Below, one piece after another: positions 47,117-56,263 of a stretch of 64,000 nt of DNA; position 1 is the stretch's first letter; the number at the start of each line of letters is the position of its first letter. Source of the stretch: Candidatus Aquivivens invisus (GTDB lineage Bacteria; Omnitrophota; Gorgyraeia; Aquiviventales; Aquiviventaceae). The stretch is taken from positions 18,390 through 82,389 of the forward strand of contig MHGA01000017.1 in the NCBI GenBank assembly GCA_001804415.1, given 5' to 3'. A model generated the notes under the pieces. It worked only from the letters and a program-made list of their open reading frames with translations. It was not told where the DNA came from and did not search any database. Both the position numbers and the translations under genes were made by a program.

Positions 47117-48079
47117 TTAGTAGATGACTTTGTTGAGCGGGTACTCGATGATGTCGCGCGCGCCGGCGGCTTTCAATTTCGGCACCAGCTCCTTCACCGA
47201 GCACTCGTCAATGACGACTTCAATCGCCCACCAGTCTTCGCCCGCGCCTTCTTTCCAGAGTTGCGAGACAGTCGGCCGTTTCATCGCCGGCAGGACGCTG
47301 ATCACCGTCTTCAGGTCGGCTTTGGAGACGTTGAGTTTCACCCCCACCTTGCCCTCGGCTTCGACCGCGCCGAGCAACAGCGTCTTCAGGCTCTCGATTT
47401 TCCGCCGCTTCCACGGATCCGCCAGCGCCTTCCGATTGGCGATGAACTGGGTGGTGGACTGGCAGATCGTCTCGATGATGCGCAGGCCGTTGGCGATCAG
47501 GGTCTGGCCCGTCTCGGTCAATTCCACCACGGCATCGACGAGGCCGGCGCGGACCTTGCCTTCCGTCGCCCCCCAGGAAAACTCGACCTTGGCGCGCACG
47601 CCGTGGGTGGCGAGATACGACTTGGTGACGTGGACCAGCTCCGTGGCAATGCGCTTGCCGTTGAGATCCGAGAGCGCGCGAATCGGCGAGGCCGCCGCCA
47701 CCGCCAGCACCCACCGGACGGGATGCGCGGTCCGCTTGGCATACCGGAGCTCCGCCACCCGCTGCACCTGCGAGCCGTTTTCCAGAATCCAGTCGTGGCC
47801 CGTGATCCCGCAATCGAGGAGGCCCCCCTCGACGTACCGCGACATCTCCTGGGCCCTCAGCAGCATGGGTTCGAGTTCCGGGTCATCGATGGACGGCATG
47901 TAGGAGCGCTCGCTGATGACGACCGAAAAGCCGGCTCGCCCGAAGAGCTTAGCGGTGGCCTCCTGGAGGCTGCCTTTGGGCAGGCCGATCTTCAGCTTCG
48001 TCGGGGAGCTCAAGGACGTGGAGCGTTTTGCGAACGCGGGTTTTGTCGCGCGTTCTCGAGTAGCGCTTTTTGCTTTCAT
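47117..48079 (-). CDS. hisG: ATP phosphoribosyltransferase (long form)
   Basis: IGLPKGSL, LRAQEM, DCGITGHD, IATE, SWGATE, TETG.TL.ANGL, C-terminal regulatory domain. Confidence 0.95.
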   Translation of the reverse strand: MKAKSATRERATKPAFAKRSTSLSSPTKLKIGLPKGSLQEATAKLFGRAGFSVVISERSYMPSIDDPELEPMLLRAQEMSRYVEGGLLDCGITGHDWILENGSQVQRVAELRYAKRTAHPVRWVLAVAAASPIRALSDLNGKRIATELVHVTKSYLATHGVRAKVEFSWGATEGKVRAGLVDAVVELTETGQTLIANGLRIIETICQSTTQFIANRKALADPWKRRKIESLKTLLLGAVEAEGKVGVKLNVSKADLKTVISVLPAMKRPTVSQLWKEGAGEDWWAIEVVIDECSVKELVPKLKAAGARDIIEYPLNKVIY

Positions 48080-48148
48080 GGATGCGTGTTCTTGGATTGA
48101 TGGCCCAATGCTTGCGCGGCCGTTTCATCGACGTGATGAGGCGCCACG

Positions 48149-48178
48149 ATTGTACCGTAGGTGCTGGGGGGGTGTCAA
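48149..48178 (-). promoter_or_regulatory. sigma70 promoter of hisG, 7 bp from the IS target site
   Basis: TTGACA (48178-48173), 18 bp, TACAAT (48154-48149). Confidence 0.65.
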
Positions 48179-48202
48179 CGAACTGTGCTCGTGGGTAGTG
48201 CA

Positions 48203-49051
48203 TCAGTTTGACCTGAAGATTTTTTGAGCTACGAGGTCAAGCACATCCTCAAGCTCCCATAACTTATTCGTTACCCCTGCCGCCATCGCTGGCGTAACTC
48301 GTAGGCTCTTGTGAATCCTCACGAAGTTATAGTACATGAAGTGGAGGGCTACTGCCGCCTCTAGGTTCTGCACCTTCTTGGAGAAGGCGTTGGTCAGGCG
48401 GGTAAAACGCCTCATGCTCATCCGCATGGTCAGGTTTTGCCGCTCCGCGAAGCTCGTGGAGACGTGCCAGGGGTCCGGGTTTCCCTGAATCCTGGTTCCC
48501 TGGACCGCCAGGCATACCGCCGGGCTGTACCGGGTTTGCTCAGGCTTGGGATCGTTGCCGTAGATTTTAACGAGCATCGAATAGTCCACCTCAGAGCCAA
48601 ACGCCCCCTCTACCGCCTCGATATAGACCCGGAAGCCATCTGTCGTGATCTGCGGACGGTACTTGAGGCGGCTGGCGAGATCGCCCATGAACGCTTGGGC
48701 GGCGGTCAGGTTGCGCGGAGCCACAAGCCACGAGGGGACGAGCTTGGTATCCGCGCAGATCGCCGTCCAGGTCCACACGTCCCCATAGCCCCACTTGCCC
48801 AGCTTGTCCTTCGGGACATTCTTCTCTTTGGCGTAGCAGAAGGACCAGATTTCATCACATTGAAGGCGCTTACAGGAGAGGTTGCGGAGCGTTTCGTCCT
48901 GGTAGGCGGCACACGCTGTACCCGCGTCTAGAAGCAACTTGACGACCGTATTGAATGACACGTCACCCATCCGGGCGGTGGCGCGCATGGAGTTGCCTTC
49001 GACGAGGGCTTGGAGAATGGTGGTTTGTCGTTCCATATCTAGCCTGTTCAT
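48203..49051 (-). CDS. IS1-family DDE transposase
   Basis: N-terminal HTH, QCDEIWSF, TTDG, ERQNLTMRMSMRRFTRLTNAFSKK, TPAMAAG; stop codon lies inside the TIR. Confidence 0.9.
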   Translation of the reverse strand: MNRLDMERQTTILQALVEGNSMRATARMGDVSFNTVVKLLLDAGTACAAYQDETLRNLSCKRLQCDEIWSFCYAKEKNVPKDKLGKWGYGDVWTWTAICADTKLVPSWLVAPRNLTAAQAFMGDLASRLKYRPQITTDGFRVYIEAVEGAFGSEVDYSMLVKIYGNDPKPEQTRYSPAVCLAVQGTRIQGNPDPWHVSTSFAERQNLTMRMSMRRFTRLTNAFSKKVQNLEAAVALHFMYYNFVRIHKSLRVTPAMAAGVTNKLWELEDVLDLVAQKIFRSN

Positions 49052-49057
49052 ACACCT

Positions 49058-49087
49058 AGTATACTTGAGCGCTCAAGCATAAGTCAA
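49058..49087 (-). promoter_or_regulatory. Transposase promoter with a palindromic operator
   Basis: TTGACT-18-TATACT enclosing ATACTTGAGCGCTCAAGCAT; ATG 6 nt downstream (leaderless). Confidence 0.65.
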
Positions 49088-49107
49088 CAAAAAAGATTCA
49101 CCCCACA

Positions 49108-49287
49108 TTATTCTCTCAACTTGCTTGCTGACTCACGGTCTCTTAACGCCTTACTCTTATCCTTACAGGTGGCGTCGTCACGAAGCCCCTTCGTGGCTTT
49201 TCCCGTTCGGCTTGCTCGATCCAGCCGCTTCAGGCTTTCCTGCAGCATCCGGCTGAATACCGCCGCCGTCAGCTTGTTCTCTGACAT
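49108..49287 (-). CDS. Putative 59-aa basic ORF overlapping the protease 3' end
   Basis: AAGGAGG 7 nt before the ATG; MSENKLTAAVFSRMLQESLKRLDRASR... Confidence 0.4.
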   Translation of the reverse strand: MSENKLTAAVFSRMLQESLKRLDRASRTGKATKGLRDDATCKDKSKALRDRESASKLRE

Positions 49288-50176
49288 TGCTGTCCTCCTT
49301 TTCCAGTTCCGCATCCTCTTTGACAGTAGCCCCCAGGTCAACCACCAGGGGTTCCGCTGACGCTCTGACGATTCGTCCCTGAATTTCATCCACCAATGCC
49401 TGTTCAGCTGGGTCAAGGGCAGAGACCGACTTGAATAGTTCGGCGGCTTCCGCTGCATCAATCACGAAACCGTGTGAGGGATAATCATTAATCAACCGCT
49501 CAAGTGCTCCGGTCTTTAAATTCCCTTTCTCCAAACGGTCGCCGTACGCTTTAGCAATCGTCATCTGACGCTCAATCTCCCCAACGCGATAAGGATCAAT
49601 CTGGGCAGCCACAGGAGTGAAGATGCCGCTCACCAACTGGCTGGAAATATCTGACGCCGTCTTGGTCGAGATCGCCCGACCGCTCTTAGTCACCAATTCC
49701 AGCATATAGGTTTCAAAGCTCTTGAAGGCGTGGGTCGTAACTGTCGTCAATGCCTGCAGCGTGTCCAGCCCAGATTCCATGTTGAAAATCTCATCGGGCT
49801 TGTTGATCTGAATGTCGAGCGGACCCAATTCGCCGTAGTCGCCAAACGCGAGGTGGTTGGAGCCGACGGCAAGCAACGTACCAGCGCTCTTGCACGGTCC
49901 CGCCACTAACAAGCGGATTTTTTCATACGAGCGCTGCAGCCAACGGGCAAGACGATATGCCCCATGCGCGTCTCCACCATGCGTTGTCAGGAAGAGAGAC
50001 ACGTTGGTCCGCTTCGCCTTGCCTTTGGCAGCGATTTTGCGACACAACTGGTCAACTCCGCTGTCCTCAATGGGACCACTGTAGACGTACAGGTCGGACT
50101 GAAACTCTTCAAGCAGCGCGTTGACTTGCTTGGAACAGCGGTATTTTGGCGATCTCTTCTTGGCGGGAGTTGTCAT
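49178..50176 (-). CDS. ClpP/crotonase-fold serine protease (SDH / SppA-like), IS passenger
   Basis: LFLTTHGGD...AYRLAR, CKSAGTLLA, ELGPLDIQ, YPSHGFVID. Confidence 0.8.
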   Translation of the reverse strand: MTTPAKKRSPKYRCSKQVNALLEEFQSDLYVYSGPIEDSGVDQLCRKIAAKGKAKRTNVSLFLTTHGGDAHGAYRLARWLQRSYEKIRLLVAGPCKSAGTLLAVGSNHLAFGDYGELGPLDIQINKPDEIFNMESGLDTLQALTTVTTHAFKSFETYMLELVTKSGRAISTKTASDISSQLVSGIFTPVAAQIDPYRVGEIERQMTIAKAYGDRLEKGNLKTGALERLINDYPSHGFVIDAAEAAELFKSVSALDPAEQALVDEIQGRIVRASAEPLVVDLGATVKEDAELEKEDSNVREQADGGGIQPDAAGKPEAAGSSKPNGKSHEGAS

Positions 50177-50189
50177 CGAGAATGCTACC

Positions 50190-50417
50190 TCAGCGGGTTT
50201 TGGCTTTCTTCCACCTGGCATACGCGGCGCTTTGCGCGATCCTACTTCGTGCTTCGGCTGACAGCTTTGCCGCTCTTGCAGGTCCGCCCTTCATCCCACC
50301 CTTTTTACCTAGATAAACGGCGGCGGCATCCTTACCGTCGGTAGAAACCTCAGCGATCCACTTCGCTAACTGGTTGAGGTCCTTTGGTAGACCACGTTTG
50401 CTTGAGCGCTTTGGCAT
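50190..50417 (-). CDS. Small basic protein with GKKGG..GG.ARA..LS.E.R..IA..AA.ARW motif, IS passenger
   Basis: MPKRSSKRGLPKDLNQLAKWIAEVST...; own promoter TTGACC-16-CATACT. Confidence 0.75.
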   Translation of the reverse strand: MPKRSSKRGLPKDLNQLAKWIAEVSTDGKDAAAVYLGKKGGMKGGPARAAKLSAEARSRIAQSAAYARWKKAKTR

Positions 50418-50451
50418 ACGGATAGTATGCCATAACATACGGAAAGGTCAA

Positions 50452-50601
50452 CTAGCGATTTGAAAGAATATGTCCAGAGTGATTCAGATCAATACGGATT
50501 TGGGGTCTATCAGAGAGTAGCGCCGACAATAACAAGAGAAGAAGGACCGTTAAGATCGCGTTGACGATGAATGTCCGATACGAGCACTTCGGCCATCGCA
50601 T
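50452..50601 (-). CDS. Putative 49-aa single-TM peptide, IS passenger
   Basis: MRWPKCSYRTFIVNAILTVLLLLLLSALLSDRPQIRIDLNHSGHILSNR, 8 nt downstream of an extended -10 TGTTATAAT. Confidence 0.5.
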   Translation of the reverse strand: MRWPKCSYRTFIVNAILTVLLLLLLSALLSDRPQIRIDLNHSGHILSNR

Positions 50602-50651
50602 GGGAAGCTATTATAACACGCTCCGTCAAACTGACGCACTACCTGCTCGTG

Positions 50652-50797
50652 GGTACTGGTCAAGTTTGACAGGGCCTGTCGCTGCGCCATCCCGCCGTCC
50701 GTCCTCGGCGACGGGCGGCTGTACAGCCGCGCTCGTCACCTGCGGGCGGGCGGCGGGAGCCCTGGCTCCGCGCCCCCCGTCAAACTTGACCACCACC
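50652..50797. mobile_element. 146-bp MITE inserted in tandem with the IS
   Basis: TIRs GGTACTGGTCAAGTTTGAC / GGTGGTGGTCAAGTTTGAC; flanked by TGCTCGTG at 50644-50651 and 50798-50805; palindromic interior. Confidence 0.9.
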
Positions 50798-50833
50798 TGC
50801 TCGTGTGCTCGCCCGCTTGCGGCGGCTCGATAG

Positions 50834-52450
50834 ATGCGTTACGATACCCGCATGTTCCGCCAGTTGCTGAGGCTGAAAAAACGCCAGGTGATCGTCCTCT
50901 GGCTGCTCGTGCTCGTCTTTGTCCTGCCCTTCATCCTGTTCTTCCACGCCGGGGCCCTCAGCCCCTCGCATGGACCCGGCGGAGCGGCCGGCGAGATCTT
51001 TGGACGCAAGATCCCGTGGGACGTCTTCCAAGAGGAGTCCCGCCTTCTCCGGATGGAGCTCCAAGCCCGATTCGGGAGCATCCCGGTGGGCCTTGAGGAG
51101 GCCTTGCGCCAGCAGACCTGGGAGCGGCTGATCCTGAAAGAAGAAGCCCGGCGGACCCAACGGGTCAGCGACGAGGAGGTCGCCGCGGCCGTCCGCCGGC
51201 ATCCGCAATTCCAACAGGGCGACCGATTCCTGCCGGAGCTCTACTTCCAATTTACGCGCGCCTTGGGCATCACCCCGCAGGCCTTTGAAGCGCGGGTGCG
51301 CGACGAGCTGCGGACGGCCAAGCTGCTCGAGCAGGTCGTCGCCGAAGTGGTCGTCAGCGAGGAGGAGCTGCGCCGGGCGTATGCGCAGCGGCACGAGCGC
51401 ATCCGTGTGGCTTTCGTCGTCATCACCCCGACCGACTTCGAATCGGCCATCCGAAGCGCCGTCACCGATGAGGAAGCCCGCGCCTACTTCGCGAAGCAGG
51501 CTGAGGCGTTTCGGCGTCCTGCGCAGCGCACCATCGACTACGTGGGGATGACGGCTGAGGACGCCCTCGCAACGACCGGAGGCGTGCCTGACGAGGACAT
51601 GCAACGGCACTACGAGCTGTATCAGGAGGAATTCACGCGCGACGATGGGACCGTTCGACCGCTCGAGGAGGCCCGTGTCGACATCCTGAATCGCCTCGTC
51701 CTCAAGCGGGCGCAGGCCCGCCTCACGGATCTGGCGCTCGATCTAGGAGCTGACCAACGTGACGGCCTGACCTTCGAGGCGATGGCTTCCAAACGCGAGC
51801 TTGCGCCGAAGACCGTCGGGCCGCTGGCGCAAGGCGCCCCGGAACTTCCCGACGGACTCACCGCGTCCATGCTCGAAGCCGCCTTCGCCGTCCCGGTGGG
51901 CCAGATGACGGAGGTGCTCGAACATCCCAGCGGGGTCTTCGTCCTCCGTCCCACGGATGAACAGCCTTCAACCATCCCGGCGTTTGACGGCATCAAGGCA
52001 GCGCTCATTGCGCGAATGGTCCTGGAACGGTCCCGCGAGCAGGCGCGCGCCCGTGCCGAGCAGCTTCGCGCCTCGTTTGTGACCAAACGATCCGAGGGCC
52101 TCACCTTCGATGAGACGTGCGCCACACTCGGTGTGGCTCCTCAGCGAAGCGACCCTCTCACGCGGCACGATCCTCTTGGCCCGCTGGGGGTCGTTCCTCA
52201 CGTCACCGACGGGCTGTTTGCTCTTGAGCCCGGGCAGCTCTCTGAGATCTCGGAAGGTCCCCAAGGGGACGCGATGATCGCCGTGGTGGAGGAGCGGATC
52301 CCGTTTGATGAGACGCAGTTTGAGGAAGCCCGCGAGGCGTTTCGAGCAACACGCTTAGAAGCCAAGCGGCAGGAACACGTGGCGGCGTGGCTGGCAACCC
52401 TTCGAGACCAAGCCCGTCTCAAGACCTTCCCCGAGATCCCACCCGATTAA
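50834..52450 (+). CDS. SurA/PpiD-like membrane-anchored periplasmic chaperone
   Basis: N-terminal TM, AGEIFGRKI, VSDEEV...FQQGDRF, degenerate parvulin-like segments. Confidence 0.8.
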   Translation: MRYDTRMFRQLLRLKKRQVIVLWLLVLVFVLPFILFFHAGALSPSHGPGGAAGEIFGRKIPWDVFQEESRLLRMELQARFGSIPVGLEEALRQQTWERLILKEEARRTQRVSDEEVAAAVRRHPQFQQGDRFLPELYFQFTRALGITPQAFEARVRDELRTAKLLEQVVAEVVVSEEELRRAYAQRHERIRVAFVVITPTDFESAIRSAVTDEEARAYFAKQAEAFRRPAQRTIDYVGMTAEDALATTGGVPDEDMQRHYELYQEEFTRDDGTVRPLEEARVDILNRLVLKRAQARLTDLALDLGADQRDGLTFEAMASKRELAPKTVGPLAQGAPELPDGLTASMLEAAFAVPVGQMTEVLEHPSGVFVLRPTDEQPSTIPAFDGIKAALIARMVLERSREQARARAEQLRASFVTKRSEGLTFDETCATLGVAPQRSDPLTRHDPLGPLGVVPHVTDGLFALEPGQLSEISEGPQGDAMIAVVEERIPFDETQFEEAREAFRATRLEAKRQEHVAAWLATLRDQARLKTFPEIPPD

Positions 52451-52455
52451 GCCGG

Positions 52456-52836
52456 TCACTCCGGGGCGTCGACGAGCGAGAGCACCGTCGACCAGGTCGA
52501 TTCCGAAAGGTCAAACGGCTTGGTCACGTAGGCCTCCACCCCGAGCGCTCTGGCTTGACTCCGAAGGTGGTCATCCGCCAGCGCCGAGATCACGACGACC
52601 AGCGCCGTGGGATACAGCTGTTTGGCCTGCTTGACCACCTCCAGCCCGTGAATGCCTGGCAAGAGGATGTCGATGAGGGCGACATCGATCGGGCCTTCCT
52701 TCAGGCAGGTCAAGGCCTCCTCTCCGCTGTGCGCGACGCGAATGACGAAGCCCCGCAGGCGGAAAAATTCTGCCAGAGCCTGGCAGATCCGCTGCTCATC
52801 ATCCACGATCAGCATCCGGCGGGTCGGTGCGGGCAT
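52456..52836 (-). CDS. Single-domain response regulator (CheY-like)
   Basis: LIVDDE, LIDILLPGIHG, VISA, YVTKPF. Confidence 0.9.
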   Translation of the reverse strand: MPAPTRRMLIVDDEQRICQALAEFFRLRGFVIRVAHSGEEALTCLKEGPIDVALIDILLPGIHGLEVVKQAKQLYPTALVVVISALADDHLRSQARALGVEAYVTKPFDLSESTWSTVLSLVDAPE

Positions 52837-52838
52837 CG

Positions 52839-53309
52839 TCAGCCTCCCGGGTTGGTTTGTTTGGCCAAGACGTCTTTCAGCTCGCGCATAAACTGCTCCA
52901 CATCCTTGAACTCGCGATAGACCGACGCAAACCGCACATAGGCCACCGGATCGACGTCGTGGAGACGGCGCATCACGCGCTCGCCGATCTCTTGCGAGGG
53001 CACCTCGTGCTCGAAGGTGCGGGAGAGGTCCCGTTCGATCTCGTCGGCCAGATCTTCCAATTGATCCATGCTCACGGGACGCTTCTCGCACGCCTTGACG
53101 AAACCCGCCAGCAACTTGTTGCGATCGAAGGGCTCGCGGCGCCCGTCTTTCTTGATCACCATCAGGCGCTGCTCCTCGAGGTGCTCGTAGGTGGTAAACC
53201 GCTTCCCGCAGGACAGGCACTCCCGCCGGCGGCGGATCGCCTGGCCGTCCGCGCTCGTCCGAGAATCCACCACCTTGTGGTCGGGATGACCGCAGAAGGG
53301 ACACGTCAT
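52839..53309 (-). CDS. nrdR: Transcriptional repressor NrdR
   Basis: [28 protein letters not shown] cone, [10 protein letters not shown]. Confidence 0.98.
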   Translation of the reverse strand: MTCPFCGHPDHKVVDSRTSADGQAIRRRRECLSCGKRFTTYEHLEEQRLMVIKKDGRREPFDRNKLLAGFVKACEKRPVSMDQLEDLADEIERDLSRTFEHEVPSQEIGERVMRRLHDVDPVAYVRFASVYREFKDVEQFMRELKDVLAKQTNPGG

Positions 53310-54556
53310 CAGCGACGAAGTTCGGGATAGAGGGGAAACTGCTCCACGAGGTCGTGGACCTGTTCGCGCACGCGGGCGAGGGCCTGCGCCTCCACGCGGT
53401 GCGCGAGCGCCTCGTCGATGAGCTGGGCGATGCGGATCATCTCGCCTTCCCGCATCCCCCGCGTCGTCACCGCGGGGGTGCCCAGGCGAATGCCGCTGGC
53501 CTTCAAGGGAGGGAGCGGATCAAAGGGAATGGCGTTTTTGTTCACGGTGATCCTGGCCTGATCCAGCGTTTCCTGGGCCTCCTTGCCCGTCAAGTGTTTC
53601 GGGGTCAGATCGACGAGGAGTAGATGGTTGTCGGTCCCTCCGGAGACGATGCGATAGCCCCGCTGGCTCATCGCGGCGGCCAGGGCTTGCGCGTTGGCGA
53701 CGATCTGCCGCGCGTACGCCTTGAAGGCATCGGTCGATGCTTCTTTGAAGCAGACGGCTTTCGCCGCGACGACATGCATCAACGGCCCGCCTTGGATGCC
53801 CGGGAAGACCGCGGAGTCGATGGCTTTGGCATGGGCGGCTTTGCAGAGGATAAACCCGCCGCGAGGCCCCCGTAGGGTCTTGTGGGTCGTCGAGGTGACC
53901 AGGTCCGCATGCGGTGTGGGATTGGGATACACGCCGGCGGCGGCGAGTCCCGCGAAGTGGGCCATATCCACGAGGAGCAACGCCCCCACCGCGTCTGCGA
54001 TCTGGCGGAAGCGCGCGAAGTCGAGCACGCGCGGGTAGGCGGAGTAGCCGGCGAGAATCATCTTCGGCTTGTGCTCGCGCGCCAGCGCGTCGAGCTCGTC
54101 GTACTCGAGCTGTTCGGTCGTCTTGTTGACGCCGTACGGGATGATGGTGAAATATTTTCCGGAAAAATTCTTCGGGTGGCCGTGCGACAGGTGTCCCCCG
54201 TGGGCGAGACTCATCGCGAGGATCGCATCACCCGCCTGCAAGGTGGCGTAGAACACCGCGATATTGGCTTCGGTGCCTGAGTGCGGTTGGACGTTGGCGT
54301 GCTCCGCGCCGAAGAGCGCTTTGACCCGATCGATCGCCAGCCGTTCCGCCACGTCCACGAATTCGCAGCCCCCATACCAGCGGGCGCCTGGATAGCCCTC
54401 GGCGTATTTGTTCGTCAGCACGGAGCCTTGCGCTTCCAGCACCGCAGGGCTTGTGAAGTTCTCCGAGGCGATGAGCTCTAGATGCTCGTGCTGCCGTTGC
54501 AGCTCCTTTTGAATCGCGTCGTCAATCTCCGGATCAACCCGTCTGAGCGCGTCCAT
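53309..54556 (-). CDS. glyA: Serine hydroxymethyltransferase
   Basis: [33 protein letters not shown]. Confidence 0.98.
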   Translation of the reverse strand: MDALRRVDPEIDDAIQKELQRQHEHLELIASENFTSPAVLEAQGSVLTNKYAEGYPGARWYGGCEFVDVAERLAIDRVKALFGAEHANVQPHSGTEANIAVFYATLQAGDAILAMSLAHGGHLSHGHPKNFSGKYFTIIPYGVNKTTEQLEYDELDALAREHKPKMILAGYSAYPRVLDFARFRQIADAVGALLLVDMAHFAGLAAAGVYPNPTPHADLVTSTTHKTLRGPRGGFILCKAAHAKAIDSAVFPGIQGGPLMHVVAAKAVCFKEASTDAFKAYARQIVANAQALAAAMSQRGYRIVSGGTDNHLLLVDLTPKHLTGKEAQETLDQARITVNKNAIPFDPLPPLKASGIRLGTPAVTTRGMREGEMIRIAQLIDEALAHRVEAQALARVREQVHDLVEQFPLYPELRR

Positions 54557-54564
54557 GCCCTTCC

Positions 54565-55053
54565 TTATTGTCGTCTCCTGTCTCCTGTCTCATGTCTCTT
54601 GAGTCTTCGCTCGATGGCCGCGAGCTGCTTCACGCGACGCTCGTGGCGTCCGCCGGCTTCAAACGGGGTCGCGAACCACGCCCGCACGATCCGCTTCGCG
54701 TGCGCCAGCGGTAGGCGTTCGGCCCCCAAGACGAGGACGTTCGCGTCGTTGTGCGCGCGGCTGCGCTGCGCGTCGAACACCGTCTGGCATGCGCCCGCGC
54801 GGATGCCGGGAACCTTGTTCGCGACCATCGCAATCCCGATCCCAGACTTGCATAACAGCACCCCCCGATCGAATCGACCGCCGGCAACCGCCTGCGCGAC
54901 CTTGAAGCCGATGGCGGGATAGTCGCAGGGTTCAGGGGAATGCGTCCCCAGATCCGCCACTTCGCAGCCGAGGGCGCTCAACACGGGGATCAACGTGGCT
55001 TTCAACGCAAACCCGCCATGGTCGGCTCCGATCGCCACCCGCAGCGGCCTCAT
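54565..55053 (-). CDS. rpiB: Ribose-5-phosphate isomerase B
   Basis: [36 protein letters not shown]. Confidence 0.95.
   Translation of the reverse strand: MRPLRVAIGADHGGFALKATLIPVLSALGCEVADLGTHSPEPCDYPAIGFKVAQAVAGGRFDRGVLLCKSGIGIAMVANKVPGIRAGACQTVFDAQRSRAHNDANVLVLGAERLPLAHAKRIVRAWFATPFEAGGRHERRVKQLAAIERRLKRHETGDRRRQ
54568..54603. repeat. Single heptamer arm (CTCCTGT)n forming the RpiB C-terminus
   Basis: gtctcct gtctcct gtctcat gtctctt encodes [11 protein letters not shown]. Confidence 0.7.
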
Positions 55054-55076
55054 CTGAAGACGCGGCGCGTGGCCCA

Positions 55077-55565
55077 TCACGAGGATGCCCCTCGCACGAG
55101 CTGGTTGATGAGCTGTTCCACGCCCTGCCGGATCGTTTCGAAACAGGCCTCGTAGACTTCGCGAGGCTTGCCGATGGGATCAGGGACATCGACGTCTGGT
55201 CCGTCCGGGTCCGCCGATCGGCCCACGGATGTCAAGAGGGTTACTTTGGCCTTCGCCTCCGGCACGCGCCGCAGGATCTCGTCCCTGTGGAAGCGCTCCA
55301 TCACGACGACCAAGTCGGCGTGACGGAGCATCTCATCCGTCAGCATCCTCGACATATGGCTCGAGAAATCCTCGCCTTCGCGCTGGAGCATGGCGAGGGT
55401 GTCCTTCGTCGGGGACATCCCCTCGATGGCAAAGACGCCGGCCGAACTGACCTCGATCGGCTCGCGCAGACGGAACTCCAGTTGTCTCAACCGATGCTGC
55501 AGCAGCCCCTGGGCCATCACGCTGCGACAACTGTTGCCGGTGCACACAAACAGCACGCGTTTCAT
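55077..55565 (-). CDS. Low-molecular-weight protein phosphatase (YwlE/Ptp-like)
   Basis: FVCTGNSCRS, SAG, DVPDPIG; tsaC-phosphatase-rpiB-glyA synteny. Confidence 0.9.
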   Translation of the reverse strand: MKRVLFVCTGNSCRSVMAQGLLQHRLRQLEFRLREPIEVSSAGVFAIEGMSPTKDTLAMLQREGEDFSSHMSRMLTDEMLRHADLVVVMERFHRDEILRRVPEAKAKVTLLTSVGRSADPDGPDVDVPDPIGKPREVYEACFETIRQGVEQLINQLVRGASS

Positions 55566-55569
55566 AACA

Positions 55570-55660
55570 GTGACAGGTGACAGGTGACAGGTGACAGGTC
55601 AAGACCTTTCATTAGGAACCGTTGTTTGTCGCTTGTCACTTGTCACTTGTCGCTTGTCAC
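55570..55660. repeat. Heptamer inverted-arm element (GTGACAG)4...(CTTGTCR)5
   Basis: Right arm encodes VTSDK-stop of TsaC; left arm ends 5 nt before the phosphatase ATG. Confidence 0.92.
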
Positions 55661-56263
55661 GTCTTTCACCGTGGCTCTCAGGACCGCTTCGGGAATCGCC
55701 CCGTCACGCAACACGGTCAGCGTTCCACCGACGACGGAGACGACCGTGGACTCCCGTCCCAGCGGCGTCGGACCGGCATCCAGGAGGTAGTCATAGGATC
55801 CCTGCAAGGCTTCGGCCACCTCCTTCCCATCCGTCGGAGGGGGCGACCCGGATCGGTTGGCGCTCGGCGCCACCACCGCGCGGGCGCAGCATCGCAGGAA
55901 CGCCAACGCCACCGGGTGGCTGGGCAACCGGAAGCCGACGGTGCCTCCGCCTTTCGACGGCATCACAATCGTCAACGGACCGGGCCAGAAGCGTTTCATG
56001 AGGCGCTCGGCCGCCGGCGGAATGTCGTCAACGAACTGGAGGACCTGTGCGGCGTCGTAGAGATGGAGTGAGTACGGTTTCTCCGGCGGGCGGCCTTTCA
56101 CCTGGTTGAGCCGCGCAATCGCCTGCGGGTTCGTCGCATCCGCGCCGAGCCCGTAGACCGTCTCGGTCGGGAACGCCACCAGCCCTCCGGCGCACAGCCG
56201 TCGCGCGGCTTCGGCGATCAGCTCAGGCTGCGGGGCGCTCGGATGCCTGGGCACTGCCGTCAC
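55643..56263 (-). CDS. tsaC: L-threonylcarbamoyladenylate synthase (TsaC/YrdC)
   Basis: VAFPTETVYGL, KGRP, FWPGPLT, APSANRSG, STVV. Confidence 0.95.
   Translation of the reverse strand: MTAVPRHPSAPQPELIAEAARRLCAGGLVAFPTETVYGLGADATNPQAIARLNQVKGRPPEKPYSLHLYDAAQVLQFVDDIPPAAERLMKRFWPGPLTIVMPSKGGGTVGFRLPSHPVALAFLRCCARAVVAPSANRSGSPPPTDGKEVAEALQGSYDYLLDAGPTPLGRESTVVSVVGGTLTVLRDGAIPEAVLRATVKDVTSDK

Larger units (their letters stand above)
48194..50643 (-). mobile_element. IS1-family element with passenger genes (2450 bp)
   Basis: TIRs GGTAGTGCATCAGTTTGAC / GGTAGTGCGTCAGTTTGAC (18/19); 8-bp TSD TGCTCGTG at 48186-48193 and 50644-50651; visibly more AT-rich than the flanks. Confidence 0.92.

Noticed and set aside
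52837-53304. Long N-terminal extension of the response regulator ORF
   Set aside because: An alternative frame over nrdR; the real start is ATG 52836.
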